Shown here: positions 10,748 through 23,124 of the stretch, in pieces
Layout of the letters: each line of letters starts with the position of its first letter
How positions within the stretch are numbered: the stretch's first letter is position 1
From: Macrostomum lignano
Taxonomy: Eukaryota
Assembly (NCBI GenBank): GCA_002269645.1
Contig: NIVC01003460.1
Coordinates: forward strand, 1 to 45,244
Direction of reading: 5' to 3'
Length of the DNA stretch: 45,244 nt
Notes under the pieces: generated by a model
Databases searched by the model: none
What the model was told of the DNA's origin: nothing
The model's input: only the letters and a program-made list of their open reading frames with translations
Position numbers and translations under genes: made by a program

Positions 10748-11268
10748 TCCGTCTGACACCCCAATGTCTCCGTCTGACACCACACTGTCTTTGTCTGAAA
10801 CATACAGAATAAACACCATGCCATTTCTGTATGACACTCGAATGTCTCAATCTGACACCCCAAAATGTCCGTCTGACAGCACACAGTCTCTGTCTGACAC
10901 CACACAGTCTACGTCTGACACCACACAGTCTGTCTGACACCACACAGTCTACGTCTGACACCACACAGTCTCTGTCTGACACCACACAGTCTCTGTCTGA
11001 CACCACACAGTCTCTGTCTGACACCACACAGTCTCTGTCTGACACCACACAGTCTCTGTCTGACACCACACAGTCTGTCTGACACCACACAGTCTCTGTC
11101 TGACACCACACAGTCTGTCTGACACCACACAGTCTCTGTCTGACACCACACAGTCTCTGTCTGACACCACACAGTCTGTCTGACACCACACAGTCTCTGT
11201 CTGACACCACACAGTCTCTGTCTGACACCACACAGTCTCTGTCTGACACCACACAGTCTACGTCTGAC
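10748..11268. repeat. 19/21-bp minisatellite
   Basis: Unit tctgacaccacacagtc(tc)tg; degenerate copies at 10748-10870. Confidence 0.95.
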
Positions 11269-11341
11269 GCCTCTCCCTATAGCAGGTGGTAAGACATGTT
11301 AAAACCCCCATCAAAACGTACCCTACCTTACTTACCTTTAC

Positions 11342-11422
11342 CTTGTGATAATGCGCCCCCACACCGTGGTTGAATGGTGCCTGAAGTGACTCGCAGTCAC
11401 AGTCCCGTTCAGGTGTAAGACG
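11342..11422 (-). CDS. Putative internal exon of the unidentified gene
   Basis: Strong acceptor ttttctttgatttttcag and donor AG|gtaaag; 81 nt; encodes VLHLNGTVTASHFRHHSTTVWGRIIT(S). Confidence 0.4.
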
Positions 11423-11712
11423 CTGAAAAATCAAAGAAAACAAATCGAAAATTCCTTTACAGTTCTACTTTCTTCAGTCAAAAAGAGTTTAAAACTGTAA
11501 AACTTTTTCTGGTCGAATTTTTGGACAAAAAACTATCGAATCCACGTTTTTTGCTATTGCTTTTTTAAACACTATTTTCTCCGATCGTTTTTGTTGCAAA
11601 TCTACTCGTAGGACTGCAGAATGTGGCTGCTTGTCAAAGACTGATCGAGTATCGATTTCTTTAAATTTTTGCCTCCTTCAAGTTTCAGTGGATTTAGGAA
11701 AATTTCTAAATA

Positions 11713-11715
<3 letters not shown>

Positions 11716-11748
<33 letters not shown>
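11716..11748. repeat. (GA)n microsatellite
   Basis: About 16 GA units. Confidence 0.95.
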
Positions 11749-11753
<5 letters not shown>

Positions 11754-12000
11754 AAGTCTTACAATCTAGCTCTGGTTTCGTTACACTTTGTAGCTGCATT
11801 TTATTATTCCATTTCATTGCTTTCATTTCAAATTTCGATATTATTGGAACTGGAAGTAGAAAGTTATTTTGTGTGAGCGAAATATCAGCATGCATGATAA
11901 TATGTCAGCTTCATCTAAATTATTAATTATATTCGGCTTCTTGCTTTGAAGTTTAGCTTCATGAATGATTTAAGTCCGAGGTTTGCTCCTCAGGTCCCGA

Positions 12001-13335
12001 AATTGTCTCATTTTAGTTACTGAAATTGTGTCACTTCAGATACTGAAATTGTGTCACTTTAGATACTGAAATTTTGTCACTTTAGTTACTGAAATTGTGT
12101 CACTTTAGTTACTGAAATTGTGTCACTTTAGTTACTGAAATTGTGTCACTTTAGATACTGAAATTGTGTCACTTTAGATACTGAAATTGTGTCACTTCAG
12201 ATACTGAAATTGTGTCACTTCAGTTGCTGAAATTGTGTCACTTTAGATACTGAAATTGTGTCACTTCAGTTACTGAAATTGTGTCACTTTAGATACTGAA
12301 ATTGTGTCACTTTAGATACTGAAATTGTGTCACTTCAGTTGCTGAAATTGTGTCACTTCAGTTGCTGAAATTGTGTCACTTCAGTTACTGAAATTGTGTC
12401 ACTTCAGTTACTGAAATTGTGTCACTTTAGATACTGAAATTGTGTCACTTTAGATACTGAAATTGTGTCACTTCAGTTACTGAAATTGTGTCACTTCAGA
12501 TACTGAAATTGTGTCACTTCAGATACTGAAATTGTGTCACTTCAGTTGCTGAAATTGTGTCACTTCAGTTACTGAAATTGTGTCACTTCAGTTACTGAAA
12601 TTGTGTCACTTCAGTTGCTGAAATTGTGTCACTTCAGTTGCTGAAATTGTGTCACTTCAGTTGCTGAAATTGTGTCACTTCAGTTACTGAAATTGTGTCA
12701 CTTCAGTTACTGAAATTGTGTCACTTCAGTTACTGAAATTGTGTCACTTCAGTTGCTGAAATTGTGTCACTTTAGATACTGAAATTGTGTCACTTTAGAT
12801 ACTGAAATTGTGTCACTTTAGATACTGAAATTGTGTCACTTTAGATACTGAAATTGTGTCACTTTAGTTACTGAAATTGTGTCACTTCAGATACTGAAAT
12901 TGTGTCATTTCAGATACTGAAATTGTGTCACTTTAGATACTGAAATTGTGTCACTTCAGTTGCTGAAATTGTGTCACTTCAGTTGCTGAAATTGTGTCAC
13001 TTCAGTTGCTGAAATTGTGTCACTTCAGTTACTGAAATTGTGTCACTTCAGTTACTGAAATTGTGTCACTTCAGTTACTGAAATTGTGTCACTTCAGTTA
13101 CTGAAATTGTGTCACTTCAGTTGCTGAAATTGTGTCACTTTAGATACTGAAATTTTGTCACTTCAGTTACTGAAATTGTGTCACTTTAGATACTGAAATT
13201 GTGTCACTTTAGTTACTGAAATTGTGTCACTTCAGATACTGAAATTGTGTCACTTCAGATACTGAAATTGTGTCATTTCAGATACTGAAATTGTTTCACC
13301 TCAGATACTGAAATTGTGTCACTTCAGTTACTGAA
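12001..13335. repeat. 23-bp minisatellite (about 57 copies)
   Basis: Unit tactgaaattgtgtcactt(c/t)ag(a/t). Confidence 0.98.
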
Positions 13336-13989
13336 TTATGGTGTTCCTTTCTGTTTCCAAAGCCACCTCAGATAATTTTAGCTCACCAGCTGCTTACAGC
13401 TGTGAGTCTCTCTTTCCTGTCTTCTATCTATTTTTCTAATGTTGTAAAAATTATTGCATTATACACATCGGAAATGAATGGGGGACGAGAGCAGGGTGAA
13501 CAAAAAGCGACAGTCTTCAGGATCTGAATTTTTTTCTTTTTGGCTATCTTTTTTATCGTAGTTATGAGGAAATTCTACCGTTTTACAGTTTCATAGAAGT
13601 CCATGCTGGTTTCAAAGAGCAGGTTAACCTTGGGACGAATTGACAAAAATTTATTCTTTTAAGTTTTTTCGAACTCGTTTCCTATCTGTGACCTCTTCGT
13701 GTCGAGTTTATGGCCCTCCCGACCACTGTGACTGCTTATGACCTCTCCTCTCACCCCTACTTATATCTGTGTCCCTGCTTCCCAGACTTTACTCTCAAAT
13801 CTCGAACAGGCCATTTCCGGTGTTACCGTACTTTAATAAATATAATTGGTTCACTGCATCTCCAGGTGTTAGGAGATACTTGACTTTGACTTTGAGACTT
13901 ACTTGACTTTGAATGCTACGTTAGCTTTTGTGGAATAATATGGCAATTAATAGTAGTTTCGGTCGTTTCTCGGTGGTAGTTTCCGGTAA

Positions 13990-16900
13990 ATTTCTGCCGA
14001 ATCTTCATGACAGTTTCTGCTGAATCTTCATGGCAGTTTCTGCTTATTCTTCATTGCAGTTTCTGCTTATTCTTCATGGCAGTTTCTGCCGATTCTTCAT
14101 GGCAGTTTCTGCCGAATCTTCTTGGCAGTTTCTGCCGATTCTTCATGGCCGTTTCTGCCGATTCTTCATGGCAGTTTCTGCCGAATCTTCTTGGCAGTTT
14201 CTGCCGAATCTTCATGGCAGTTTCTGCCGAATCTTCTTGGCAGTTTCTGCCGATTCTTCATTGCAGTTTCTGCTTATTCTTCATGGCAGTTTCTGCCGAA
14301 TCTTCATGGCAGTTTCTGCCGATTCTTCATTGCAGTTTCTGCTTATTCTTCATGGCAGTTTCTGCCGAATCTTCTTGGCAGTTTCTGCCGATTCTTCATG
14401 GCCGTTTCTGCCGATTCTTCATGGCAGTTTCTGCTTATTCTTCATGGCAGTTTTTGTTTATTCTTCATGGCAGTTTCTGCCGAATCTTCATGGCAGTTTC
14501 TGCCGAATCTTCATGGCAGTTTCTGCTGATTCTTCATGGCAGTTTCTGCTTATTCTTCATGGCAGTTTCTGCTTATTCTTCATGGCAGTTTCTGCCGAAA
14601 CTTCATGGCAGTTTCTGCCGATTATTCATGGCAGTTTCTGCTTATTCTTCATGGCAGTTTCTGCCGAAACTTCATGGCAGTTTCTGCCGATTCTTCATGG
14701 CAGTTTCTGCTTATTCTTCATGGCAGTTTCTGCTTATTCTTCATGGCAGTTTCTGCCGATTTTTCTTGGCAGTTTCTGCCGATTATTCATGGCAGTTTTT
14801 GCTTATTCTTCATGGCAGTTTCTTCCGATTCTTCATGGCAGTTTCTTCCGATTCTTCATGGCAGTTTCTGCCGATTCTTCTTGGCAGTTTCTGCCGAAAC
14901 TTCATGGCAGTTTCTGCCGATTCTTCATGGCAGTTTCTGCTTATTCTTCATGGCAGTTTTTGTTTATTCTTCATGGCAGTTTCTGCCGAAACTTCATGGC
15001 AGTTTCTGCCGATTTTTCACGGCAGTTTTTGCTTATTCTTCATGGCAGTTTCTGCCGATTATTCATGGCAGTTTTTGCTTATTCTTTATGGCAGTTTCTG
15101 CCGATTATTCATGGCAGCTTTTGCTTATTCTTCATGGAATTTTCTGCCGATTATTCATGGCAGTTTTTGCTTATTCTTCATGGCAGTTTCTGCCGAAAAT
15201 TCATGGCAGTTTCTGCCGATTCTTCATGGCAGTTTCTGCTTATTCTTCATGGCAGTTTCTGCCGATTCTTCATGGCAGTTTCTGCCGATTCTTCATGGCA
15301 GTTTCTGCCGATTCTTCTTGGCAGTTTCTGCCGATTCTTCATGGCAGTTTCTTCCGATTCTTCATGGCAGTTTTGTAATATTCTTCATGGCAGTTTCTGC
15401 CGATTATTCATGGCAGTTTCTGCTTATTCTTCATGGCAGTTTCTGCCGAAACTTCATGGCAGTTTCTGCCGATTCTTCATGGCAGTTTTGTAATATTCTT
15501 CATGGCAGTTTCTGCCGATTCTTCATGGCAGTTTCTGCTTATTCTTCATGGCAGTTTTTGCTTATTCTTCATGGCAGTTTCTGCCGAAACTTCATGGCAG
15601 TTTCTGCCGATTCTTCATGGCAGTTTTTGCTTATTCTTCATGGCAGTTTCTGCCGAAACTTCATGGCAGTTTCTGCCGATTCTTCATGGCAGTTTCTGCT
15701 TATTCTTCATGGCAGTTTCTGCCGATTATTCATGGCAGTTTTTGCTTATTCTTTATGGCAGTTTCTGCCGAAACTTCATGGCAGTTTCTGCCGATTATTC
15801 ATGGCAGTTTTTGCTTATTCTTCATGGCAGTTTCTGCCGATTCTTCATGGCAGTTTCTGCTTATTCTTCATGGCAGTTTCTGCCGAATCTTCATGGCAGT
15901 TTCTGCCGAATCTTCATGGCAGTTTCTGCTGATTCTTCATGGCAGTTTCTGCTTATTCTTCATGGCAGTTTCTGCTTATTCTTCATGGCAGTTTCTGCCG
16001 AAACTTCATGGCAGTTTCTGCCGATTATTCATGGCAGTTTCTGCTTATTCTTCATGGCAGTTTCTGCCGAAACTTCATGGCAGTTTCTGCCGATTCTTCA
16101 TGGCAGTTTCTGCTTATTCTTCATGGCAGTTTCTGCTTATTCTTCATGGCAGTTTCTGCCGATTCTTCTTGGCAGTTTCTGCCGATTATTCATGGCAGTT
16201 TTTGCTTATTCTTCATGGCAGTTTCTTCCGATTCTTCATGGCAGTTTCTTCCGATTCTTCATGGCAGTTTCTGCCGATTCTTCTTGGCAGTTTCTGCCGA
16301 AACTTCATGGCAGTTTCTGCCGATTCTTCATGGCAGTTTCTGCTTATTCTTCATGGCAGTTTTTGTTTATTCTTCATGGCAGTTTCTGCCGAAACTTCAT
16401 GGCAGTTTCTGCCGATTTTTCACGGCAGTTTTTGCTTATTCTTCATGGCAGTTTCTGCCGATTATTCATGGCAGTTTTTGCTTATTCTTTATGGCAGTTT
16501 CTGCCGATTATTCATGGCAGCTTTTGCTTATTCTTCATGGAATTTTCTGCCGATTATTCATGGCAGTTTTTGCTTATTCTTCATGGCAGTTTCTGCCGAA
16601 AATTCATGGCAGTTTCTGCCGATTCTTCATGGCAGTTTCTGCTTATTCTTCATGGCAGTTTCTGCCGATTCTTCATGGCAGTTTCTGCCGATTCTTCATG
16701 GCAGTTTCTGCCGATTCTTCTTGGCAGTTTCTGCCGATTCTTCATGGCAGTTTCTTCCGATTCTTCATGGCAGTTTTGTAATATTCTTCATGGCAGTTTC
16801 TGCCGATTATTCATGGCAGTTTCTGCTTATTCTTCATGGCAGTTTCTGCCGAAACTTCATGGCAGTTTCTGCCGATTCTTCATGGCAGTTTTGTAATATT

Positions 16901-17320
16901 CTTCATGGCAGTTTCTGCCGATTCTTCATGGCAGTTTCTGCTTATTCTTCATGGCAGTTTTTGCTTATTCTTCATGGCAGTTTCTGCCGAAACTTCATGG
17001 CAGTTTCTGCCGATTCTTCATGGCAGTTTTTGCTTATTCTTCATGGCAGTTTCTGCCGAAACTTCATGGCAGTTTCTGCCGATTCTTCATGGCAGTTTTT
17101 GCTTATTCTTCATGGCAGTTTCTGCCGATTATTCATGGCAGTTTTTGCTTATTCTTTATGGCAGTTTCTGCCGAAACTTCATGGCAGTTTCTGCCGATTA
17201 TTCATGGCAGTTTTTGCTTATTCTTCATGGCAGTTTCTGCCGATTCTTCATGGCAGTTTCTGCTTATTCTTCATGGCAGTTTTGTAATATTCTTTATGGC
17301 AGTCTCTGCCGATTCTTCAT
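13990..17320. repeat. 23-bp satellite (about 144 copies) with a 1403-bp higher-order period
   Basis: Unit ttcatggcagtttctgccgattc. Near-identical track ORFs recur 1403 nt apart (14536/15939, 15433/16836, 15548/16951). Confidence 0.98.
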
Positions 17321-17883
17321 AGCATGGATTGCCCACTCGCCATTTTAATTCTGGACAGACAAACAAACAGATTACTTTTTTATGAGCCGAAGCAAACTTT
17401 AACAGAGAATTTTCATGCAGCTAGCTGCTGGCATTCTAGAAACAAAGATAAAAAGGCGCCTTTTGCCGAGTTTGTACAAAAATAAAAGTTCCTTCCGAAA
17501 GAAAATGGATTCCGGGTGGTCTTGTTTCCGCTGGGTCGGTATCAGAGAGAGGTTGGGGATTATATTTAGGGGGCCATCCAGTCGGGAGTTTCGGGTGCTA
17601 ATAAAGTGTAGTTTTTTAGCTTGACCAGCGAGAGAGGGGTATCGCTTCAGTCTCCTGTGGGCTCTGGAAATTCTGTAATTTATTAGGCAACCCGAGACTG
17701 CAGCTTAGAGCGTCTTCCAGTGTTCTGCATTCGCTGTAGGATGTACTACGATGCAGGGCGGGAGCCGGTGCAGCAAGGTAATAAAACAGGAAAGGAAACT
17801 GGGCGAAATAAGTGGGAAATAACTTGCGTAGGCGCCAAATTTTTAATAAACCGTAGCACAAGCAGTCAATTAGAATATTTTGA

Positions 17884-18054
17884 CGCCTAAGTCAGATAGC
17901 TCACGCCTATAGTCAGATAAATGGCGCCTAAGTCAGATAGATGGCGCCTAAGTCAGATAGATGGCGCCTAAGTCAGATAGATGGCGCCTAAGTCAGATAG
18001 ATGGCGCCTAAGTCAGATAGATGGCGCCTAAGTCAGATAGATGGCGCCTAAGTC
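17884..18054. repeat. 20-bp minisatellite (about 8 copies)
   Basis: Unit atggcgcctaagtcagatag. Confidence 0.96.
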
Positions 18055-18533
18055 TAAATAACCCCAAAACCGAGAAGTATCAATTGGGTCGGTGAAAAAA
18101 CCACATGTCTCCATTGCTTGCTACCTGTCTTTCCCCGCAACAATGGTACAGGGGAGCAGGAGACTTCCAATGTGGCGCTAGGGGGGGGTTTCTTGTTTCG
18201 AAAGCCGACAGCTGGGATTCTATTGGCTGCTTGCTGTAAAGTTCTGGATACGAGAGGCAGTAGGATATTTTCACATACGGTTTATAAATTCGTACCTCCG
18301 CTTGTGCCCTCCCGCTACTGCCAGGATCGTACAGCTCTCAAATTGTCTTTTTCCTCGTTTTAAAGAGGACCACGAACTAACTCCATCACGGAGCCCCAGT
18401 GCAAGCTATTTTTGGATTGCTCGGGTAGACCACTGACTGACTTTGAGGGCTGAGTTTCTGGCAAAGTTTATTGTGAAATTCTGCCTTAATCAAAAAAGGT
18501 AAGAGCTTGCTTTTATTTATTGTTGTCGGTTTG

Positions 18534-18534
18534 T

Positions 18535-18575
<41 letters not shown>

Positions 18576-18612
18576 AATCTATCAATCTATCTATCTATCT
18601 ATCTATCTATCC

Positions 18613-18707
<95 letters not shown>

Positions 18708-18709
18708 CA
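18534..18709. repeat. (CTAT)n microsatellite
   Basis: About 44 units. Confidence 0.97.
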
Positions 18710-19319
18710 TTTAAAGCTTGCCATGCAGATTCTCTCAATATGCATTAGTATTTATCGGGTGAGTCAGAGCTCAGTTCTGTCTCCATGTACCTAGGCACTT
18801 CGTCTTCACTCCTAGCGCCATGCAGCAGCCACCAAGTAGGCACTAAAGGAAAAAATTCTCGAAAAAATGGGTTCACCAGAAAGCTGCCGAGTTGCATAAG
18901 CGAGTAAAGTGATCAGCCTTAATGAGCTGGAAGATTCAAAGTTGCAATTCGTGCAGTAGGTTAAGTTCGGTAGCTGAAAAGTCTCTCCAGATTTTGGACA
19001 TCGAGGCTGCCGTGATCTGAAAAAAACACTTTCTTATTTCGTACCAATAGAAGCTTTGGAACCTTGGAGACCCAATTTAATGCCTTTTCGAGTTTTAGAA
19101 TTTGTCTGTTTTTTATGATTGAGACACTGGCATAATGCATTCCATTTGTTTTGAGGAATTTCGCCTAGTTTATGATTTGTGAATTATTGCATTTTTAATC
19201 TGGATGATCGGTGCCAGCTGCTAAGATTCCGTCAGTGGTAAAAAGATATTTTCTTTTATCTGGCAGATGACTGTTAAATTCTTGGTGGCGGCGCCAAAAT
19301 GAAAGAGAGTGATAAAAAG

Positions 19320-20590
19320 CCAGGGAGACTAACAAGATCGCAAACAGAGAGGCAAGATAGCAAACAGAGTGACAAGATAGCAAAGAAAGTGACGAGATGG
19401 CAAAAAGAGAGTGACAAGATGGCATAGGGAGTTGATAAGATGGTAGAGAGTGATGAGACGGAGGGCAAAGAGGGATGAGACAGAGAACAGAGTGATGAGA
19501 CAGAGACAGAGAATGATGAGACAGAGGGCAGAGAGTGATAGGACAGATGGCAGAGAGTAATGAGACAGAGGGCAGAGAGTGATGAGACAGAGGGCAGAGA
19601 GTGATAGGACAGATGGCAGAGAGTAATTAGACAGAGGGCAGAGAGTGATGAGACAGAGGGCAGAGAGTGATAGGACAGATGGCAGAGAGTAATTAGACAG
19701 AGGGCAGAGAGTGATGAGACAGAGGGCAGAGAGTGATGAGACAGAGGGCAGAGAGTGATAGGACAGATGGCAGAGAGTAATGAGACAGAGGGCAGAGAGT
19801 GATGAGACAGAGGGCAGAGAATAATGAGACAGAGACAGAGAATGATGAGACAGAGGGCAGAGAATGATGAGACAGAGGGCAGAGAGTAATGAGACAGAGA
19901 CAGAGAATGATGAGACAGAGGGCAGAGAGTGATAGGACAGATGGCAGAGAGTAATGAGACAGAGGGCAGACAGTGATGAGACAGAGAGCAGAGAGTGATG
20001 AAACAGAGAACAGAGAGTAATGAGACAGAGGGCAGAGAGTGATGAGACAGAGGGCAGAGAGTGATGAGACAGAGGGCAGAGAGTGATAGGACAGATGGCA
20101 GAGAGTAATGAGACAGAGGGCAGAGAGTGATGAGACAGAGGGCAGAGAATAATGAGACAGAGGGCAGAGAGTGATGAGATAGAGAACAGAGTGATGAGAC
20201 AGATGGCAGAGAGTGATGAGACAGAGGGCAGAGAATAATGAGACAGAGAGCAGAGAGTGATGAGACAGAGGGCAGAGAATGATGAGACAGAGGGCAGAGA
20301 GTGATGAGATAGAGAACAGAGTGATGAGACAGATGGCAGAGAGTGATGAGACAGAGGGCAGAGAATAATGAGACAGAGAGCAGAGAGTGATGAGACAGAG
20401 GGCAGAGAATAATGAGACAGAGGGCAGAGAGTGATGAGATAGAGAACAGAGTGATGAGACAGATGGCAGAGAGTGATGCGACAGAGGGCAGAGAATAATG
20501 AGACAGAGAGCAGAGAGTGATGAGACAGAGGGCAGAGAGTGATGAGACAGAGGGCAGAGAATAATGAGACAGAGAGCAGAGAGTGATGAG
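19320..20590. repeat. 22-bp purine-rich minisatellite
   Basis: Unit gagacagagggcagagagtgat with variants; degenerate at the left end. Confidence 0.95.
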
Positions 20591-21295
20591 AAGCGAGTCA
20601 ATAAGCTATCAAACTTCTCAGTCTCAAATTGCGCGCGTATTTAGGATTTTTTAACTTTGCAGTTCAGTCAGACATGATAAATTCATACAAAACTGATAAG
20701 ATAAGAAAGACCCCAGAGCACCGGTACAACTGATAAGATAAGAATTTGATAATTAAAATGTCTTCTCTAAATAAAACTAACTTGTTTGGTTTTCAGGTAC
20801 TCTTCAGATTCCATAGAACTCATACTAACTTGTAACTCATACTAACTTCAGTAATTTCTGTCAAATTTTCGACGACGAATTACGAAAATATTTTGCTCAG
20901 AATCCAAAAAGAAATGAGCCGCAGCCGCACGCGGAACTGTTGGCCTATCGGGAATAATTTCCTTTTGTGGCTTTCGCATTGCCTGCCAACACGCTTTGTT
21001 TGAGCCGGAGCCGCTATATATCTCCACTTGTTCTTGTCGGCATCCTTTGAAGTATAATGAAAGACCCTCTCCACTACCCCCTCCGTGAGCCGCGATGTCA
21101 AGCAAGAGTTCTAGTGGGAAAAGTTTAAGAAGAAATGGGAACTGCATTGAGAAAACAATCGCTTCGCCATATTGTGCAGCGTTTTCAAACCATCGGCTTG
21201 GGATCGGGGGTGAAAGGGGATGAGATTAGGTTTGTTTGCAAAAGTGAGCGGCCTCGTTTATTCTCTTGCTGGCTCCTCTGCTTTGATTGGCGCTC

Positions 21296-23124
21296 TCATT
21301 CTCAGTCTGAGTGAGTACCATTCTCAGTCTGAGTGAGTGCCATTCTCTAGTCTGAGTGAGTGCCATTCTCTAGTCTGAGTGAGTGCCATTCTCAGTCTGA
21401 GTGAGTGCCATGCTCAATCTGAGTGAGTGCCATTCTCTAGTCTGAGTGAGTGCCATGCTCAATCTGAGTGAGTGCCATGCTCAATCTGAGTGAGTACCAT
21501 GCTCAATCTGAGTGGGTGCCATTCTCAATCTGAGTGAGTGCCATACTCAATCTGAGTGAGTGCCATTCTCTAGTCTGAGTGAGTGCCATGCTCAATCTGA
21601 GTAAGTGCCATTCTCTAGTCTGAGTGAGTGCCATTCTCTAGTCTGAGTGAGTGCCATTCTCTAGTCTGAGTGAGTGCCATTCTCTAGTCTGAGTGGGTGC
21701 CATTCTCAATCTGAGTGAGTGCCATACTCAATCTGAGTGAGTGCCATTCTCTAGTCTGAGTGAGTGCCATTCTCTAGTCTGAGTGAGTGCCATTCTCTAG
21801 TCTGAGTGAGTGCCATGCTCAATCTGAGTGAGTGCCATGCTCAATCTGAGTGAGTACCATGCTCAATCTGAGTGGGTGCCATTCTCAATCTGAGTGAGTG
21901 CCATACTCAATCTGAGTGAGTGCCATTCTCAATCTGAGTGATCGAGTGCCATGCTCAATCTGAGTGAGTTCCATGCTCAATCTGAGTGAGTGCCATGCTC
22001 AATCTGAGTGAGTGCCATTCTCAATCTGAGTGAGTGCCATTCTCAATCTGAGTGAGAGCCATTCTCAATCTGAGTGAGTGCCATTCTCAATCTGAGTGAG
22101 TGCCATGCTCAATCTGAGTGAGTGCCATTCTCAATCTGAGTGAGTGCCATTCTCAATCTAAGTGAGTGCCATGCTCAATCTGAGTGAGTGCCATTCTCAA
22201 TCTGAGTGAGTGCCATTCTCAATCTGAGTGAGTGCCATTCTCAATCTAAGTGAGTGTCATGCTCAATCTGAGTGAGTGCCATTCTCAATCTGAGTGAGTG
22301 CCATTCTCAATCTGAGTGAGTACCAGGCTCAATCTGAGTAAGTGCCATTCTCAATCTGAGTGAGTGCCATTCTCAATCTAAGTGAGTGCCATTCTCAATC
22401 TGAGTGAGTGCCATTCTCAATCTGAGTGAGTGCCATTCTCAATCTGAGTAAGTGCCATTCTCAATCTGAGTGAGTGCCATTCTCAATCTGAGTGGGTGCC
22501 ATTCTCAATCTGAGTGAGTGCCATTCTCAATCTGAGTGAGTGCCATTCTCAATCTGAGTGAGTGCCATTCTCAATCTGAGTGAGTGCCATGCTCAATCTG
22601 AGTGAGTGCCATTCTCAATCTGAGTGAGTGCCATTCTCAATCTGAGTGAGTGCCATTCTCAATCTGAGTGAGTGCCATTCTCAATCTGAGTGAGTCCCAT
22701 GCTCAATCTGAGTGAGTGCCATTCTCAATCTGAGTGAGTGCCATTCTCAATCTGAGTGAGTGCCATGCTCAATCTGAGTGAGTGCCATTCTCAATCTGAG
22801 TGAGTGCCATGCTCAATCTGAGTGAGTGCCATTCTCAATCTGAGTGAGTGCCATGCTCAATCTGAGTGAGTGCCATTCTCAATCTGAGTGAGTGCCATTC
22901 TCAATCTGAGTGAGTGCCATTCTCAATCTGAGTGAGTGCCATTCTCAGTCTGAGTGAGTGCCATTCTCTAGTCTGAGTGAGTGCCATTCTCTAGTCTGAG
23001 TGAGTGCCATTCTCAATCTGAGTGAGTGCCATGCTTAATCTGAGTGGGTGCCATGCTCAATCTGAGTGAGTGCCATTCTCAATCTGAGTGAGTGCCATTC
23101 TCAATCTGAGTGAGTGCCATTCTC
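21296..23124. repeat. 22/23-bp minisatellite (about 82 copies)
   Basis: Unit ccattctcaatctgagtgagtg, with a 23-bp variant ...ctctagtctgag... Confidence 0.98.

Noticed and set aside
14007-17348. Overlapping 120-641 aa hydrophobic ORFs
   Set aside because: They are products of a stop-free 23-bp unit read in all three frames, with no unique domain or splice context.
17513-17521. GLI-like site GACCACCCG upstream of GLI (autoregulation)
   Set aside because: It is a single one-mismatch 9-mer; several are expected by chance in 45 kb.
17500-17660. Minus-frame RYPSLAGQAKKLHFIS resembling a hAT dimerisation motif
   Set aside because: The match is too short, the ERxFS part is absent, and no transposase context or TIRs were found.
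12001-23124. CRISPR-like palindromic repeats of 22-23 bp
   Set aside because: Units are head-to-tail with no unique spacers, there are no cas genes, and the context is eukaryotic.
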